Positions 35,359 to 45,162 are shown, counted from the stretch's first letter. The stretch: 55,373 bases of DNA from Woeseiaceae bacterium (GCA_041552015.1 JBFELT010000001.1:1-55373); one strand, 5' to 3'. The notes: generated by a model not told the origin, from the sequence alone. Program-made: numbers and translations.

Positions 35359-36022
35359 ATGGAGTGAGATCTGCCCGCAGGGCAGCGCTGACGAACAGCG
35401 ACACCTCCTCGCGAAGGTCGATCAAGCGGCCATGAAAAAAATGCTCGGCACCCTTCATTACCAGGAGCTCCGGGCCAGGTGCCAGGCCGTTGAACCAGTC
35501 AATTGTCTCGTCGATATCGACCAGTTCGTCTTCGTCGCCCTGCACGATGAGCCACGGGCATTGCGGCTGCGAGGTCAGCCCCGACGCGAAGCGCGAGATA
35601 GCCGGCGCAACGCTGACAAGTCCGCTGACTTCGGTGTCAACGGCGGCACGCACGGCTATCGCGGCGCCGAAGGAAAAGCCGGCCAGCCACAGTTCCTTGC
35701 CCGGCAGCGTCGCCCTCATCCAGGAGATGGCGGCCAGCGCGTCCTGCAACTCGCCGACTCCGTCGTCGAAACGCCCGTCGCTCTGTTCGGTGCCTCGAAA
35801 GTTGAACCTGAGCGCCGCGAATCCGAGGCGAACGAAAGTCCGCGCCAGCGTGTGAGCGACCTTGTTGTGCAGGGTGCCGCCGTGTTGGGGATGTGGGTGG
35901 CAGACGACCACCGATGCGATTGCTTCGGCGTTGGCCGGCGTTTCGAACAGCGCCTCCAGCTTTCCGGCGGGACCCTCGATGAACAGGGCCCGGGTATCGG
36001 GTTGTCTTGACGTCTGACGCAT
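35357..36022 (-). CDS. alpha/beta hydrolase (COG2945-like)
   Basis: HPHPQHGGTLHNKV, nucleophile elbow GFSFGA, and a C-terminal HFFHG. ATG 36022 is preferred over TTG 36040. Confidence 0.7.
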   Translation of the reverse strand: MRQTSRQPDTRALFIEGPAGKLEALFETPANAEAIASVVVCHPHPQHGGTLHNKVAHTLARTFVRLGFAALRFNFRGTEQSDGRFDDGVGELQDALAAISWMRATLPGKELWLAGFSFGAAIAVRAAVDTEVSGLVSVAPAISRFASGLTSQPQCPWLIVQGDEDELVDIDETIDWFNGLAPGPELLVMKGAEHFFHGRLIDLREEVSLFVSAALRADLTP

Positions 36023-36133
36023 AGCTCTGTGCCCGCACAAAGGTGGCCTGAACTGTAGTTATTGCTGTAAAATTAAAACCTTATGCAAACCGGCGCCTGT
36101 TGAAACGCGCCGCTACCAACTACAGGTGATGCC

Positions 36134-37351
36134 ATGAGTTCCACCATGGACCTCGAGAGTCAGTATTGTGCCCATAACTACCATCCGTTGCCCGTGGTTC
36201 TGACCCGCGGCGAAGGTGTGTTCGTCTGGGACGAGGACGGCAAGAAATATCTCGACATGATGAGCGCCTATTCGGCGGTAAGCCACGGGCACGCGCACCC
36301 GCGGCTGGTGCGTTTGGTGCAGGAGCAGGTTGCTCGCCTCACCATCGTGTCGCGAGCGTTCTATTCCAATACGCTGGGGCCGTTTCTCGAGCGCGCCTGC
36401 AAGCTGACCGGCCAGGATATGGCATTGCCGATGAATACCGGTGCCGAAGCGGTCGAAACGGCGATCAAGGCCGCGCGCAAGTGGGCCTATACGGTAAAAG
36501 GAGTGCCGAAAGACAAGGCCGAAATTATTGGCTGCGACGGCAACTTCCATGGCCGCACCATCGCCGCGGTGGCCATGTCTGATGAGCCGCAGTACCAGGA
36601 CGGCTTCGGTCCTTTTCCACCGGGATTCCTCAATGTCAGATACGGTGACATTGATGCCCTTGCGGCAGCGATCAACGCCAACACGGCCGCGTTCATCATT
36701 GAGCCAATCCAGGGTGAGGGGGGCATTGTCATGCCGCCGCCCGGCTATCTGAAAGCCGCCGCAGAACTGTGCCGCGAGAGGAATGTCCTGTTCATCGCCG
36801 ACGAGATCCAGACCGGCCTGGGCAGGACCGGCCGGATGCTGGCCTGCGATCATGAGGGTATCCGGCCCGACGGGCTGATCCTCGGCAAGGCGCTTGGCGG
36901 GGGCATATTGCCGGTATCAATGTTTCTTGCGCGTCGCGACATCATGGAAGTGTTCACGCCGGGCGATCATGGCAGCACGTTCGGCGGCAATCCGCTCGGC
37001 GCGGCGGTAGGCCTGGAGGCACTGACTATTCTCGTGGAAGAGGATCTGCCGGCGAAGAGCGCGTCAATGGGTGACTACCTGATCGAAAAGTTGCGTGCGA
37101 TTGACAGCCCGCTGATTCAGGACCTGCGCGGCAAGGGGCTGTTTATCGGCATTGAAATCGACCCCGCCTGCGCGAGCGCGCGCAACGTCTGCAAGGCGCT
37201 GATGAAACGCGGATTGCTCAGCAAGGAAACCCACGAGACCGTTGTCAGGCTGGCGCCCCCGCTGATAATCAGCAAGGCCGAGATAGACTGGGCGGTCACC
37301 CAGATTCGCGAAGTACTCAACGAACTGAACCAGCATCGACTGGCGTCTTGA
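36134..37351 (+). CDS. rocD: ornithine--oxo-acid aminotransferase
   Basis: AHNYHPLPVVLTRGEGVFVWDEDGKKYLDMMSAYSAVSHGHAHP, ADEIQTGLGRTG, and a KALGGG PLP-lysine region. SD AGGTGA. Confidence 0.85.
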   Translation: MSSTMDLESQYCAHNYHPLPVVLTRGEGVFVWDEDGKKYLDMMSAYSAVSHGHAHPRLVRLVQEQVARLTIVSRAFYSNTLGPFLERACKLTGQDMALPMNTGAEAVETAIKAARKWAYTVKGVPKDKAEIIGCDGNFHGRTIAAVAMSDEPQYQDGFGPFPPGFLNVRYGDIDALAAAINANTAAFIIEPIQGEGGIVMPPPGYLKAAAELCRERNVLFIADEIQTGLGRTGRMLACDHEGIRPDGLILGKALGGGILPVSMFLARRDIMEVFTPGDHGSTFGGNPLGAAVGLEALTILVEEDLPAKSASMGDYLIEKLRAIDSPLIQDLRGKGLFIGIEIDPACASARNVCKALMKRGLLSKETHETVVRLAPPLIISKAEIDWAVTQIREVLNELNQHRLAS

Positions 37352-37372
37352 TGTTCCTGAGAGAATCGCTGC

Positions 37373-38302
37373 GTGCCTGAATCGACGGCCATTATCGCTG
37401 CCCTCCTGCTCCTCTCAGCCCTGATCGGCGGCGCTGTTGCCTGGTCCCTGCGCGGCAAACGAGCCGGTCATGAGAAAGCAGCAATCAACGCAGGCTGGCA
37501 GGAGCAGATGGAGGCGCAACGGACCGAGCACCAGCGCCTGGTCGATCAGAACAAGAGCCTCATGGTGCAAATCAGCCAGTACCAGGCCTCCAACCAGGAT
37601 GCAAAGAACCGCGCCAGGGAGCTGGCAGAGGCCGTACAGACGGCGTTCGCGCGACGCGACGAGCTGCAACGCGAGATCAAGGACGTTCGAAGCAATCTCG
37701 AGACCGTGCTAAGTCAGCGTGACCAGCTGCGTAGCGACATGGCAAGTGTCAGCGACGTGTCGGCCGTCAGCGAGGAAAAAGATGAGAAAATATTCCAGCT
37801 GAGCCGTGAACTTGAAAGCTGGCACCAACGCCTTCCACCGCTCATCGAGAAATATCGGTCGCGTAACGAGGAAGCCGTGAAGCTGGAGGCGCAACTCGCA
37901 GCGGCAGAGCTGAGAATCGAGCAGCTGGAAAATCAGCTCGGCGACGATCAGACCCGAATCGAGGCTGTTCGGGACCCCGGCGCGCTGACCAGCGGACAGG
38001 GGGCCTCGAACGACGATGCCAGCGCCGCCGACTCGAATTCAGCGTCGCAGCCGCTTTCGCATGCGGACAACGAAGACCAGCATTCCCTGCGCGACAACCT
38101 GAAGCAGATAAAGGGCATCGGTCCCGCGATCGAGAAAACGCTCAACGATATGGGGATCTATCGGTTTCAGCAGATCGCCGATATGACCGAGTACGATATC
38201 GATCGGGTCGCCGAACGATTGAAGGGATTTCACAGTCGTATCTATCGGGAAAACTGGATCGGCCAGGCGCGCGAACTCAAAGAACGCAAGCAACGCAGGT
38301 AA
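37373..38302 (+). CDS. membrane-anchored coiled-coil protein with C-terminal helix-hairpin-helix module
   Basis: N-terminal TM (AIIAALLLLSALIGGAVAW), about 170 aa of heptad-like Q/E/R-rich sequence, and C-terminal LKQIKGIGPAIEKTLNDMGIYRFQQIADM...GRIYRENWIGQA-type HhH. GTG start. Confidence 0.6.
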   Translation: MPESTAIIAALLLLSALIGGAVAWSLRGKRAGHEKAAINAGWQEQMEAQRTEHQRLVDQNKSLMVQISQYQASNQDAKNRARELAEAVQTAFARRDELQREIKDVRSNLETVLSQRDQLRSDMASVSDVSAVSEEKDEKIFQLSRELESWHQRLPPLIEKYRSRNEEAVKLEAQLAAAELRIEQLENQLGDDQTRIEAVRDPGALTSGQGASNDDASAADSNSASQPLSHADNEDQHSLRDNLKQIKGIGPAIEKTLNDMGIYRFQQIADMTEYDIDRVAERLKGFHSRIYRENWIGQARELKERKQRR

Positions 38303-38307
38303 GCATC

Positions 38308-39180
38308 TTGCTGCATCAACGCCGCATCATCAGTCTGTCATTGACACTGCTGGTCGCTGTACCCGGTTTCATTGCCATTGACCACGGACTTCCGGCGGAC
38401 GCTACCGGGCTTGCCGGGTATTCGGCAATCGATACCCCGCGCTTCAGGATCTCCCTGGACCGCGAACGCCTGATCCTCGACGGCTACACCGCCTCTCTGC
38501 GCCAGGAGCAGAGGCTACTGCAAAGCGCCGATCAGCTCTTTGCAAACAGGCCGACAAAGGTGCGATTCAAACCACTGGGACCGGCACCGGATTTCTGGGC
38601 ATCCGCGTCGATCGCGCTGCTCGAAGCGCTTTCGGCAACGCGTTTTGCTCATGCGCTCCTGACCGATCGGACGGTCGGAATTCGAGGCGTAGCAAGCAGC
38701 GGCTGGGATCGAGGGCTGTTGGCGCTGCGCGCCGCGCTGCCAGAGTCGATAGAAATTGACGTTGACATGATCATTGCGCCCGATAATGTCGGCGCCCGAC
38801 AGCTTTGTGCGCGGGCGTTCGCCAGCTTCCAGAGCGACGCGATCAATTTCGAGGAATCAACCACAGTGCTGCGCAGCTCCGCGAAGCCCGCCCTCGATCG
38901 CGCTGTCTCACTGGCCGATGCCTGTCGCCAGTCGATCGTGACGATAACGGGCCACACCGATTCATCCGGACCGGAAACATGGAATCGCCTGCTGAGTCTC
39001 GAGCGCGCCAGGGCGGTTGCGGACTACCTGGCAAGCAGCGGTATTGCGCGGGAGCGACTGGCGACGGTGGGCGCGGGATCCTCACAACCGCTTGTGAGCA
39101 ATGCCTCCCGCTACGGCCGCAGCCTGAACCGCCGCATCGAGATCGACTTCGAAGAGGATGCTATTCGCCCGGAGAGGTGA
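38308..39180 (+). CDS. OmpA-family (peptidoglycan-binding) protein
   Basis: N-terminal TM. C-terminal OmpA_C motif ITGHTDSSGPETWNRLLSLERARAVADYL...NRRIEIDF. Its TTG start is 5 nt after the previous stop. Confidence 0.75.
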   Translation: MLHQRRIISLSLTLLVAVPGFIAIDHGLPADATGLAGYSAIDTPRFRISLDRERLILDGYTASLRQEQRLLQSADQLFANRPTKVRFKPLGPAPDFWASASIALLEALSATRFAHALLTDRTVGIRGVASSGWDRGLLALRAALPESIEIDVDMIIAPDNVGARQLCARAFASFQSDAINFEESTTVLRSSAKPALDRAVSLADACRQSIVTITGHTDSSGPETWNRLLSLERARAVADYLASSGIARERLATVGAGSSQPLVSNASRYGRSLNRRIEIDFEEDAIRPER

Positions 39181-39667
39181 GCCGGATCAGCTCGATTTCG
39201 AACAACAGTGTCGCATCTGGTGGCACCGGTGGTTTGCCGCGCGCGCCATAGGCGAGCTCTGGCGCAATCTTCAGTTCCCGTGTCTCGCCAATCAGCATGC
39301 AGGCGACGCCGAGATCCCAGCCCTTGATGACCTGGCCTCGATCGAGCGTGAACTGGAAGGGCTGCCGGCCGCCAGAGGACCATATTTCCGTACCGCGACC
39401 GCCCTGGGCGTTTTCATCATAGAGCCAGAGCGTCGCGTGCACGTCGGCATGGTCGCCTGAAACCGCCCTGCGGCCATAGCCCTTGTTCGTGATCCTTGCG
39501 CTGAGGCCCGGTTCGATATCGACGTTGCCGTTCTCATCGGCCTCGGGACAGGTGCCGCGCCCGGCGCCGGTCGCGTCGCCGCCATCCCCGGACTGCTGCT
39601 GCTCGCCACCGCATCCCGCCAGCATCAGCAGGAGCAGACCTGTCAATGCCAGGCCACCCGGTTTCAT
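39161..39667 (-). CDS. FKBP-type peptidyl-prolyl cis-trans isomerase lipoprotein
   Basis: Lipobox LMLAGC. FKBP core [31 protein letters not shown] ... [13 protein letters not shown] 39667 forms an ATGA overlap with the msrB stop. Confidence 0.85.
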   Translation of the reverse strand: MKPGGLALTGLLLLMLAGCGGEQQQSGDGGDATGAGRGTCPEADENGNVDIEPGLSARITNKGYGRRAVSGDHADVHATLWLYDENAQGGRGTEIWSSGGRQPFQFTLDRGQVIKGWDLGVACMLIGETRELKIAPELAYGARGKPPVPPDATLLFEIELIRLTSPGE

Positions 39668-40059
39668 TCCTTGCCCGCCTTGAATGCCAGTGACGCCGAA
39701 TTGACGCAATACCTAAGGCCTGTCGGTTGCGGACCGTCTTCGAAGACGTGGCCGAGGTGCGCGCCACAGCTGGCACAAACGACCTCCACGCGGCTCATGC
39801 CGTGTGTCGTATCCGTCTTTGTGCGCACGGCATCGCCCGCCAGTGGCAGCCAGAAACTCGGCCACCCGGAACCGGAATCGTATTTGTGTTCCGAGCTGAA
39901 CAGTGGCGCGTCGCAGCAGACACAGCAATAGCTGCCGTCGGCCTTGTGGTCGACGTACTTGCCCGTGAACGCGCGTTCCGTCGCCGCATTCTGCGTAACC
40001 CGATACTGCTCCTCGCTGAGCTTGTCACGCAGTTCGTCGGCGCCCGCTTTCTTAGTCAT
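39664..40059 (-). CDS. msrB: peptide-methionine (R)-S-oxide reductase
   Basis: Two CxxC pairs ([29 protein letters not shown]) plus GWPSF. ATG 40059 has a GGGAG SD and overlaps the htpG 3' end by 8 nt. Confidence 0.9.
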   Translation of the reverse strand: MTKKAGADELRDKLSEEQYRVTQNAATERAFTGKYVDHKADGSYCCVCCDAPLFSSEHKYDSGSGWPSFWLPLAGDAVRTKTDTTHGMSRVEVVCASCGAHLGHVFEDGPQPTGLRYCVNSASLAFKAGKE

Positions 40060-41941
40060 TGGATGCTCCCGCGTCGATATCAAGCAATAGTCTGTTCATA
40101 CGTTGCACGTATTCTGCCGGATTATCCAGCTGAGATCCCTCCGCGAGCAGGGCGTGATCCATGACGATGTTGGACAGGTCGTCGAAACGTGCCTTGTCCG
40201 CCTCGGTGGACAGTCGGGCGACGAGCGGATGTTCGACGTTGATCTCGAGAATCGGCTTGGAGGCTGGAATCGCCTGCCCGCTCGCTTCGAGCATGCGCCT
40301 GAGCTGTGGGTTCAGGTCGTTCTCTGCGGCAACGACACAGGCCGGCGAATCGACAAGCCGGCGACTTACCTTGACTTCTTCGACCCTGTCCCTGAGCGCC
40401 CGACCGATCTTCTTCAGCAGGGACTTGTGCTCCTTCGACAGCTCGGCTCCGGCGTCCTTCGCTTCACTCTCCGGCAACTCGAGGTCGGACCGCGCCACGT
40501 CCACGAGTTTCTTGCCATCGAATTCAGTCAGCGCGTCTACGAGCCACGCGTCGATGCGATCGGTCAGCAGCAGGACTTCGATGTTACGTTTCCTGAGCTG
40601 TTCCAGGTGCGGGCTCGCGACGGCAGTGGCGTAGTTCTCGGCCAGAATGTAGTAAATCTTGTCCTGGCCCGCGCCCGCGCGGCTGACGTAGTCGTGCAGG
40701 GAATGATCCTGGTCCTCGTTGCCGCTGTGTGTACTCGCGAATCGCAACAACTTTGCCAGCTTGTCCTTGTTGGCATGATCCTCGATCACGCCCTCCTTGA
40801 GCACCTGGCCGAACTCCCGCCAGACGGTCCGATAGTCGTCGGCATCGGCGGACGCCATCTTTTCCAGCATGTCGAGCACGCGCTTCGTTAGCGCGCTGCG
40901 CATCGCGGCCAGTTCCGGGTTTTGTTGCAGCAGCTCGCGCGACACGTTCAGCGGCAGGTCCGACGAATCGACAACGCCTTTGACGAATCTTAGGTACAGC
41001 GGCAGGAACTGCTCCGCCTCGTCCATGATAAAGACGCGCTGCACATACAGCTTCAGCCCCCGCGGCGCGTCCCGGTTCCAGAGATCGAACGGCGCAGCTG
41101 CGGGAATGTAAAGAAGACTGGTGTATTCGCGCTTGCCCTCGACGCGGTTGTGACTCCAGGACAGGGGGTCGGCGAAATCGTGCGTCAGGTATTTGTAGAA
41201 TTCCTTGTACTCGTCATCGCTTATTTCGCTGCGGTTTCGCGTCCACAATGCGGTCGCAGAATTGACCAGCCTCGCCTCTTTCTCATCCCCACCCCTGACA
41301 AACATGGAAACCGGAAATCCGATGTGATCCGAATATTTTCGAATCAGCGTCTCGATGCGAAGGGGCTCCGCAAACTCTGCCTGGTCGTCTTTCAGGTGCA
41401 GCGTTACAGAGGTTCCGCGCTCTTCGCGTTCAATATTCTCGACAGAGAACTCGCCATTGCCGTCCGATTCCCAGCGCACGGATTCCGATTCGCTCAAACC
41501 GGCCCGGCGACTCTCCACCGTTACCCTGTCGGCGACGATGAAGCTCGAATAGAAGCCTACGCCAAACTGGCCGATCAACTGCGCGTCGTGCTTCTTGTCG
41601 CCAGTCATCTGCTGCAGGAATTCGGCGGTACCCGAGCGGGCTATCGTTCCGAGATTATCGATCAGTTCCTCTCGCGACATGCCGATTCCGTTATCGATGA
41701 TCGCGAGCTGCCGCTTGTCCTTGTCTACTTCGATGCGAATCGAGAGCTCGGCATCGCCTTCCAGCAGCTCGGGTCTTGCCAGCGATTCGAAACGCAACTT
41801 GTCGGCCGCATCGGACGCATTGGAAATGAGTTCCCGAAGGAATATCTCCTTGTTGCTGTACAGGGAGTGGATCATCAACTGCAGTAGTTGACGTACCTCG
41901 GTTTGAAACCCCAGCGTTTCGCGCGTCGAACTGTCCGCCAC
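40052..41941 (-). CDS. htpG: molecular chaperone HtpG (Hsp90)
   Basis: [41 protein letters not shown] 41941 is preceded by GAGGTGA. The upstream in-frame TTG at 41962 would fall at the predicted transcription start. Confidence 0.9.
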   Translation of the reverse strand: MADSSTRETLGFQTEVRQLLQLMIHSLYSNKEIFLRELISNASDAADKLRFESLARPELLEGDAELSIRIEVDKDKRQLAIIDNGIGMSREELIDNLGTIARSGTAEFLQQMTGDKKHDAQLIGQFGVGFYSSFIVADRVTVESRRAGLSESESVRWESDGNGEFSVENIEREERGTSVTLHLKDDQAEFAEPLRIETLIRKYSDHIGFPVSMFVRGGDEKEARLVNSATALWTRNRSEISDDEYKEFYKYLTHDFADPLSWSHNRVEGKREYTSLLYIPAAAPFDLWNRDAPRGLKLYVQRVFIMDEAEQFLPLYLRFVKGVVDSSDLPLNVSRELLQQNPELAAMRSALTKRVLDMLEKMASADADDYRTVWREFGQVLKEGVIEDHANKDKLAKLLRFASTHSGNEDQDHSLHDYVSRAGAGQDKIYYILAENYATAVASPHLEQLRKRNIEVLLLTDRIDAWLVDALTEFDGKKLVDVARSDLELPESEAKDAGAELSKEHKSLLKKIGRALRDRVEEVKVSRRLVDSPACVVAAENDLNPQLRRMLEASGQAIPASKPILEINVEHPLVARLSTEADKARFDDLSNIVMDHALLAEGSQLDNPAEYVQRMNRLLLDIDAGASND

Positions 41942-41970
41942 CAGTATCACCTCACAAGCCAAAGGCTTGC

Positions 41971-41999
41971 ATGATGGGGGCTGATCCGGTCAGTTCAAG
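41971..41999 (-). promoter_or_regulatory. sigma-32 (RpoH) heat-shock-type promoter of htpG
   Basis: The minus strand reads CTTGAAC-N13-CCCCATCAT, matching the consensus CTTGAA-N13/14-CCCCATnT. About 30 nt upstream of the htpG start. Confidence 0.6.
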
Positions 42000-42024
42000 T
42001 CCGGCGTCGGACTTCTTGTGGCGA

Positions 42025-42291
42025 TCAGGAGGCCGGCAGGCGCCTGTTGGCAGGTGTGCGCCGCGCCGGCGAGGTGACGGAACGATACAGCAGCGTAACC
42101 AGCAGCAGCAGGCAGGTGGCCAGCGCCATCGGCGGGTGATTCCGTGCCAGCCAGACGCCGGCGGCGATTAACAGCAGGCTTGCGACCAGTACCGACAGGC
42201 GGAACAGCGATCGACGCAGCCGCTCCCAGATCAGGCCGGCGATACCGAGCATGTCGTCGATATCGTCGAGGTACTGCAGCAGCCTTTCCAC
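42025..42291 (-). CDS. small hypothetical membrane protein (2 predicted TM)
   Basis: A GTG start 10 nt after the stop of the upstream 66-aa ORF gives VERLLQYLDDIDDMLGIAGLIWERL..., followed by two hydrophobic helices. No recognisable family. Confidence 0.4.
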   Translation of the reverse strand: MERLLQYLDDIDDMLGIAGLIWERLRRSLFRLSVLVASLLLIAAGVWLARNHPPMALATCLLLLVTLLYRSVTSPARRTPANRRLPAS

Positions 42292-42301
42292 GAATGCGAT
42301 C

Positions 42302-42502
42302 CTAGCGAATGATAGACAGTAGCGGCCCGCCGCTCTCGGCGTCGGCATTATGTGTATCCGCGTCGAGCAACGCGGCGTTATTGGATTCCTTGGCGTGGGC
42401 GATCGCGCGGTGAAAAAGCTCCCAACGCTGCCGTGCAGATTCGTTTTTCAATGCGGCGACGGCAAAATCCGCTTTCTTGTGGTTGCTAGACATACTCTTC
42501 AT
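42302..42502 (-). CDS. small hypothetical protein (66 aa)
   Basis: ATG-initiated ORF with coding-like composition. No clear SD and no family recognised. Confidence 0.35.
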   Translation of the reverse strand: MKSMSSNHKKADFAVAALKNESARQRWELFHRAIAHAKESNNAALLDADTHNADAESGGPLLSIIR

Positions 42503-42691
42503 TCAGGACGATGGTGAGTCACGAATGGCAACTATAGGACGCCGCAATACCGGCGGCCGTGAGGCAGATCACAGCTTGCTACACGGCTTCGCGAGCGATT
42601 CGAATAGTGCCCGGAAACCAGACGCAGTTCGCGTTTTCAATGCGATGAAATTCGCATTTTTGCCTGCCGCCGTGAGCCGCTGACGCAAACG

Positions 42692-42719
42692 AAAAACGCC
42701 GGCTACCGCCGGCGTTTTA
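42692..42719 (-). terminator. rho-independent terminator (functional on the minus strand; hairpin is palindromic)
   Basis: ACGCCGGC-tacc-GCCGGCGT, followed on the minus strand by TTTTTCGTTT. Lies 22 nt downstream of the 42741 stop. Confidence 0.75.
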
Positions 42720-42740
42720 CATATCGGGGATCGTAGCTGC

Positions 42741-43010
42741 TCAGTCTTCGTCGGAGTCTTTCATCCAGCTGCGTTTAACCTGGTCCGACCAGTCACGATA
42801 GCCTTTCCAGGAATACAGGGCGGGATCGATGCCGGCACGCCGGGTGCGTGTCGCCGGCGCTTTCGAAATCCAGCGACGGTATTGCTTCCAGCCGTCCGCG
42901 TCATTGGCGGCCGGCTCTTCCACATTCACGGCCGCTTCGTCGGTCTTGGAATCGGCTTCGGCGTCCGTGCCAAAACCGTCAACCCATCTCATGTTTTTGC
43001 TATCTGGCAT
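42741..43010 (-). CDS. acidic hypothetical protein (89 aa)
   Basis: Taken from the internal ATG at 43010 (MPDSKNMRWVDG...). Acidic, low-complexity middle and a W/Y/R-rich C-terminus (YRRWISK, LYSWKGYRDWSDQVKRSW). Followed by a terminator. Confidence 0.5.
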   Translation of the reverse strand: MPDSKNMRWVDGFGTDAEADSKTDEAAVNVEEPAANDADGWKQYRRWISKAPATRTRRAGIDPALYSWKGYRDWSDQVKRSWMKDSDED

Positions 43011-43130
43011 TGAGTCTGCTCGGTCAATCCTTTGACTAAATACTAGGGTGAAATGCCCGCAATTCACAGGAACTGCATCACAATGCCAAATCCTTTTTCT
43101 TTTTTTATTTCAGTAACTTAAGTAGTGGTT

Positions 43131-44507
43131 TTACTTAATCACATAGCAGGGCCGATACTCGCCCGAGGAGATCTTCATGCGTTTGCTCGCCACGAATCCG
43201 GCCAGCAGATCATCCAGCAGCGTCATGATTCGCTGTGAGCCGTCGATCTCGAACGGTCCATTGCGCTCAATCAACTCGGCCGTATCCTCGCGCACGTTGC
43301 CGGATACGATGCCGGAGAACACGCGCCGCAGGTTTGCGGCCAGTTCATGCCGAGGCAGATCCTCATTGAGATCGAGTTTCTGCATCGATTCGTGACTCGC
43401 CTGGAAAGGACGCTGAAAAGACGGGTCGATCTGCAGGCGCCAGTTGAAGTAATAGGCGTCACCGTGTTTGTCGCGGAACGCCAGGACATCGTCGAGCCCC
43501 TGTTTCATCTGACGCGCTACCTCCATCGGATCGTCGATGATGATCTGATAGCGCTTTCTCGCCTCGTCCCCGAGAATCTCGGCAACGAACTTGTCGATCT
43601 GCCTGAAATAGGCCTGAGAGGATGCCGGTCCCGTCATGATTATGGGCATCGGCTGGCCGTGATTGCCCGGCTGCATCAACACACCGAGCAGGTACAGGAT
43701 TTCTTCGGCCGTACCGACCCCGCCGGGGAAGACAATGATGCCGTGTCCAAGCCGAACGAAGGCCTCGAGCCGCTTCTCCATGTCGGGCATGATGACTAGC
43801 GAATTGACGATCGGATTCGGTGATTCGGCGGCGATGATGCCCGGTTCGGTAATACCAATGTAACGGCCGCCACGTATACGCTGCTTTGCATGACCGATTG
43901 TTGCGCCTTTCATCGGACCTTTCATCGCGCCGGGGCCGCAGCCGGTGCAGACGTTTAGCCCCCGCAGGCCCAGCTGATACCCGACCTTCTTGGAATAGTC
44001 GTACTCGCTGCGACTGATGGCATGCCCGCCCCAGCAAACCACGAGATTCACCTCCGCCGGCAGCTGCAGAAGCTTCGCGTTGCGAACGATGTGAAATACC
44101 GCGTTGGTAACACCGTCGGAACTTTGCAGATCAAAGCGGCCGCCTTCCATGATGTCATTGCGCGTAAACACGATATCGCGCAGCACCGCGAACAGCAGTT
44201 CTCGCGTGCCCCGAATCATCTTGCCGTCGACGAAAGCTTCCGCCGGAGCGTTCGTCAGCGATACCTTGAGGCCCCTGTCCTGCTGGATGAAGCCGATCTC
44301 GAAATCCCTGTAGGTATCCAGCAGCGCACGGGCGTCGTCGTTCTTGCTGTCGGCATGCAGTACGGCAAGCATGCAGCGGCGCAGCAGCGGATAGAGGCCA
44401 CCCGCCCCGCCGCTCTTCAGCTGGTCTACTTCGAACTGGGAGAGGACCTCGAGGCTACCCTCGGGCCACACTTCTGCATCGACGAACTGGGTCGCCTTGT
44501 TCAGCAC
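43131..44507 (-). CDS. ppnN: nucleotide 5'-monophosphate nucleosidase PpnN (YgdH, LOG family)
   Basis: Collinear with E. coli PpnN as I recall it: VVCWGGHAISRSEYDY, NVCTGCGPGAMKGPMKGA, PDMEKRLEAFVRLGHGIIVFPGGVGTAEE, IIIDDPMEVARQMK. Confidence 0.85.
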   Translation of the reverse strand: MLNKATQFVDAEVWPEGSLEVLSQFEVDQLKSGGAGGLYPLLRRCMLAVLHADSKNDDARALLDTYRDFEIGFIQQDRGLKVSLTNAPAEAFVDGKMIRGTRELLFAVLRDIVFTRNDIMEGGRFDLQSSDGVTNAVFHIVRNAKLLQLPAEVNLVVCWGGHAISRSEYDYSKKVGYQLGLRGLNVCTGCGPGAMKGPMKGATIGHAKQRIRGGRYIGITEPGIIAAESPNPIVNSLVIMPDMEKRLEAFVRLGHGIIVFPGGVGTAEEILYLLGVLMQPGNHGQPMPIIMTGPASSQAYFRQIDKFVAEILGDEARKRYQIIIDDPMEVARQMKQGLDDVLAFRDKHGDAYYFNWRLQIDPSFQRPFQASHESMQKLDLNEDLPRHELAANLRRVFSGIVSGNVREDTAELIERNGPFEIDGSQRIMTLLDDLLAGFVASKRMKISSGEYRPCYVIK

Positions 44508-44522
44508 GGGTTTTTGTTTTCT

Positions 44523-45044
44523 TCAGGGACGGATTTCAATCGGAGTATTCTCGCCGGTCATCAGCCAGATGTCGATCATGTCAGAGTTTGAGACCGCTAT
44601 GCAGCCATTGGTCCAGTCCTGGGTCCGATAATACGTTTCGGACATTGTCGGCTCGTTCGGCTGGCCGTGAATCATGATCGCTCCGCCCGGATCGACGCCC
44701 AGCTTGCCTGCTTCCCGGCGATCCGTCTCATCGGGATAGGAGACATGGATGGAAAGAAAAAAGTCGCTGTTCTGATTGCGGCTGTCCAGCACGTAGCGCC
44801 CCTCCGGTGTCTTGAAGTCGCCTTCCTTCTTCTTGTCACCCACCGGGCGGATTCCGAGGGCGATCTTGAAAGTCCGGAATACCTCGCCATCTCGCAGCAA
44901 ATGCAGCTTGCGGGCCGCTTTCTCGATAATGACCTTGTCGGCTATCGGGAAATCGCCCGCCTGGACGACCACCGGCAGCGTCGATACGGTCAGGCCGAGC
45001 AGCAGGGGAAACAACAGGGCTTTTGCAAACAGGTATTTGTTCAT
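44523..45044 (-). CDS. L,D-transpeptidase (YkuD) family protein
   Basis: Signal peptide. IMIHG and the catalytic TNGCIAVSNSDMIDIW motif. Confidence 0.85.
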   Translation of the reverse strand: MNKYLFAKALLFPLLLGLTVSTLPVVVQAGDFPIADKVIIEKAARKLHLLRDGEVFRTFKIALGIRPVGDKKKEGDFKTPEGRYVLDSRNQNSDFFLSIHVSYPDETDRREAGKLGVDPGGAIMIHGQPNEPTMSETYYRTQDWTNGCIAVSNSDMIDIWLMTGENTPIEIRP

Positions 45045-45162
45045 AAGCGGAAATTGACTGGCTCAGCAGTAAGCCTAGCAAACCTTTCGCGTGCCGCCTA
45101 TGCTGCAGGTCACACGTCGACCGGGCACATTCCAACCTGCTGCAGACCAGCCCGGCCGCGGG

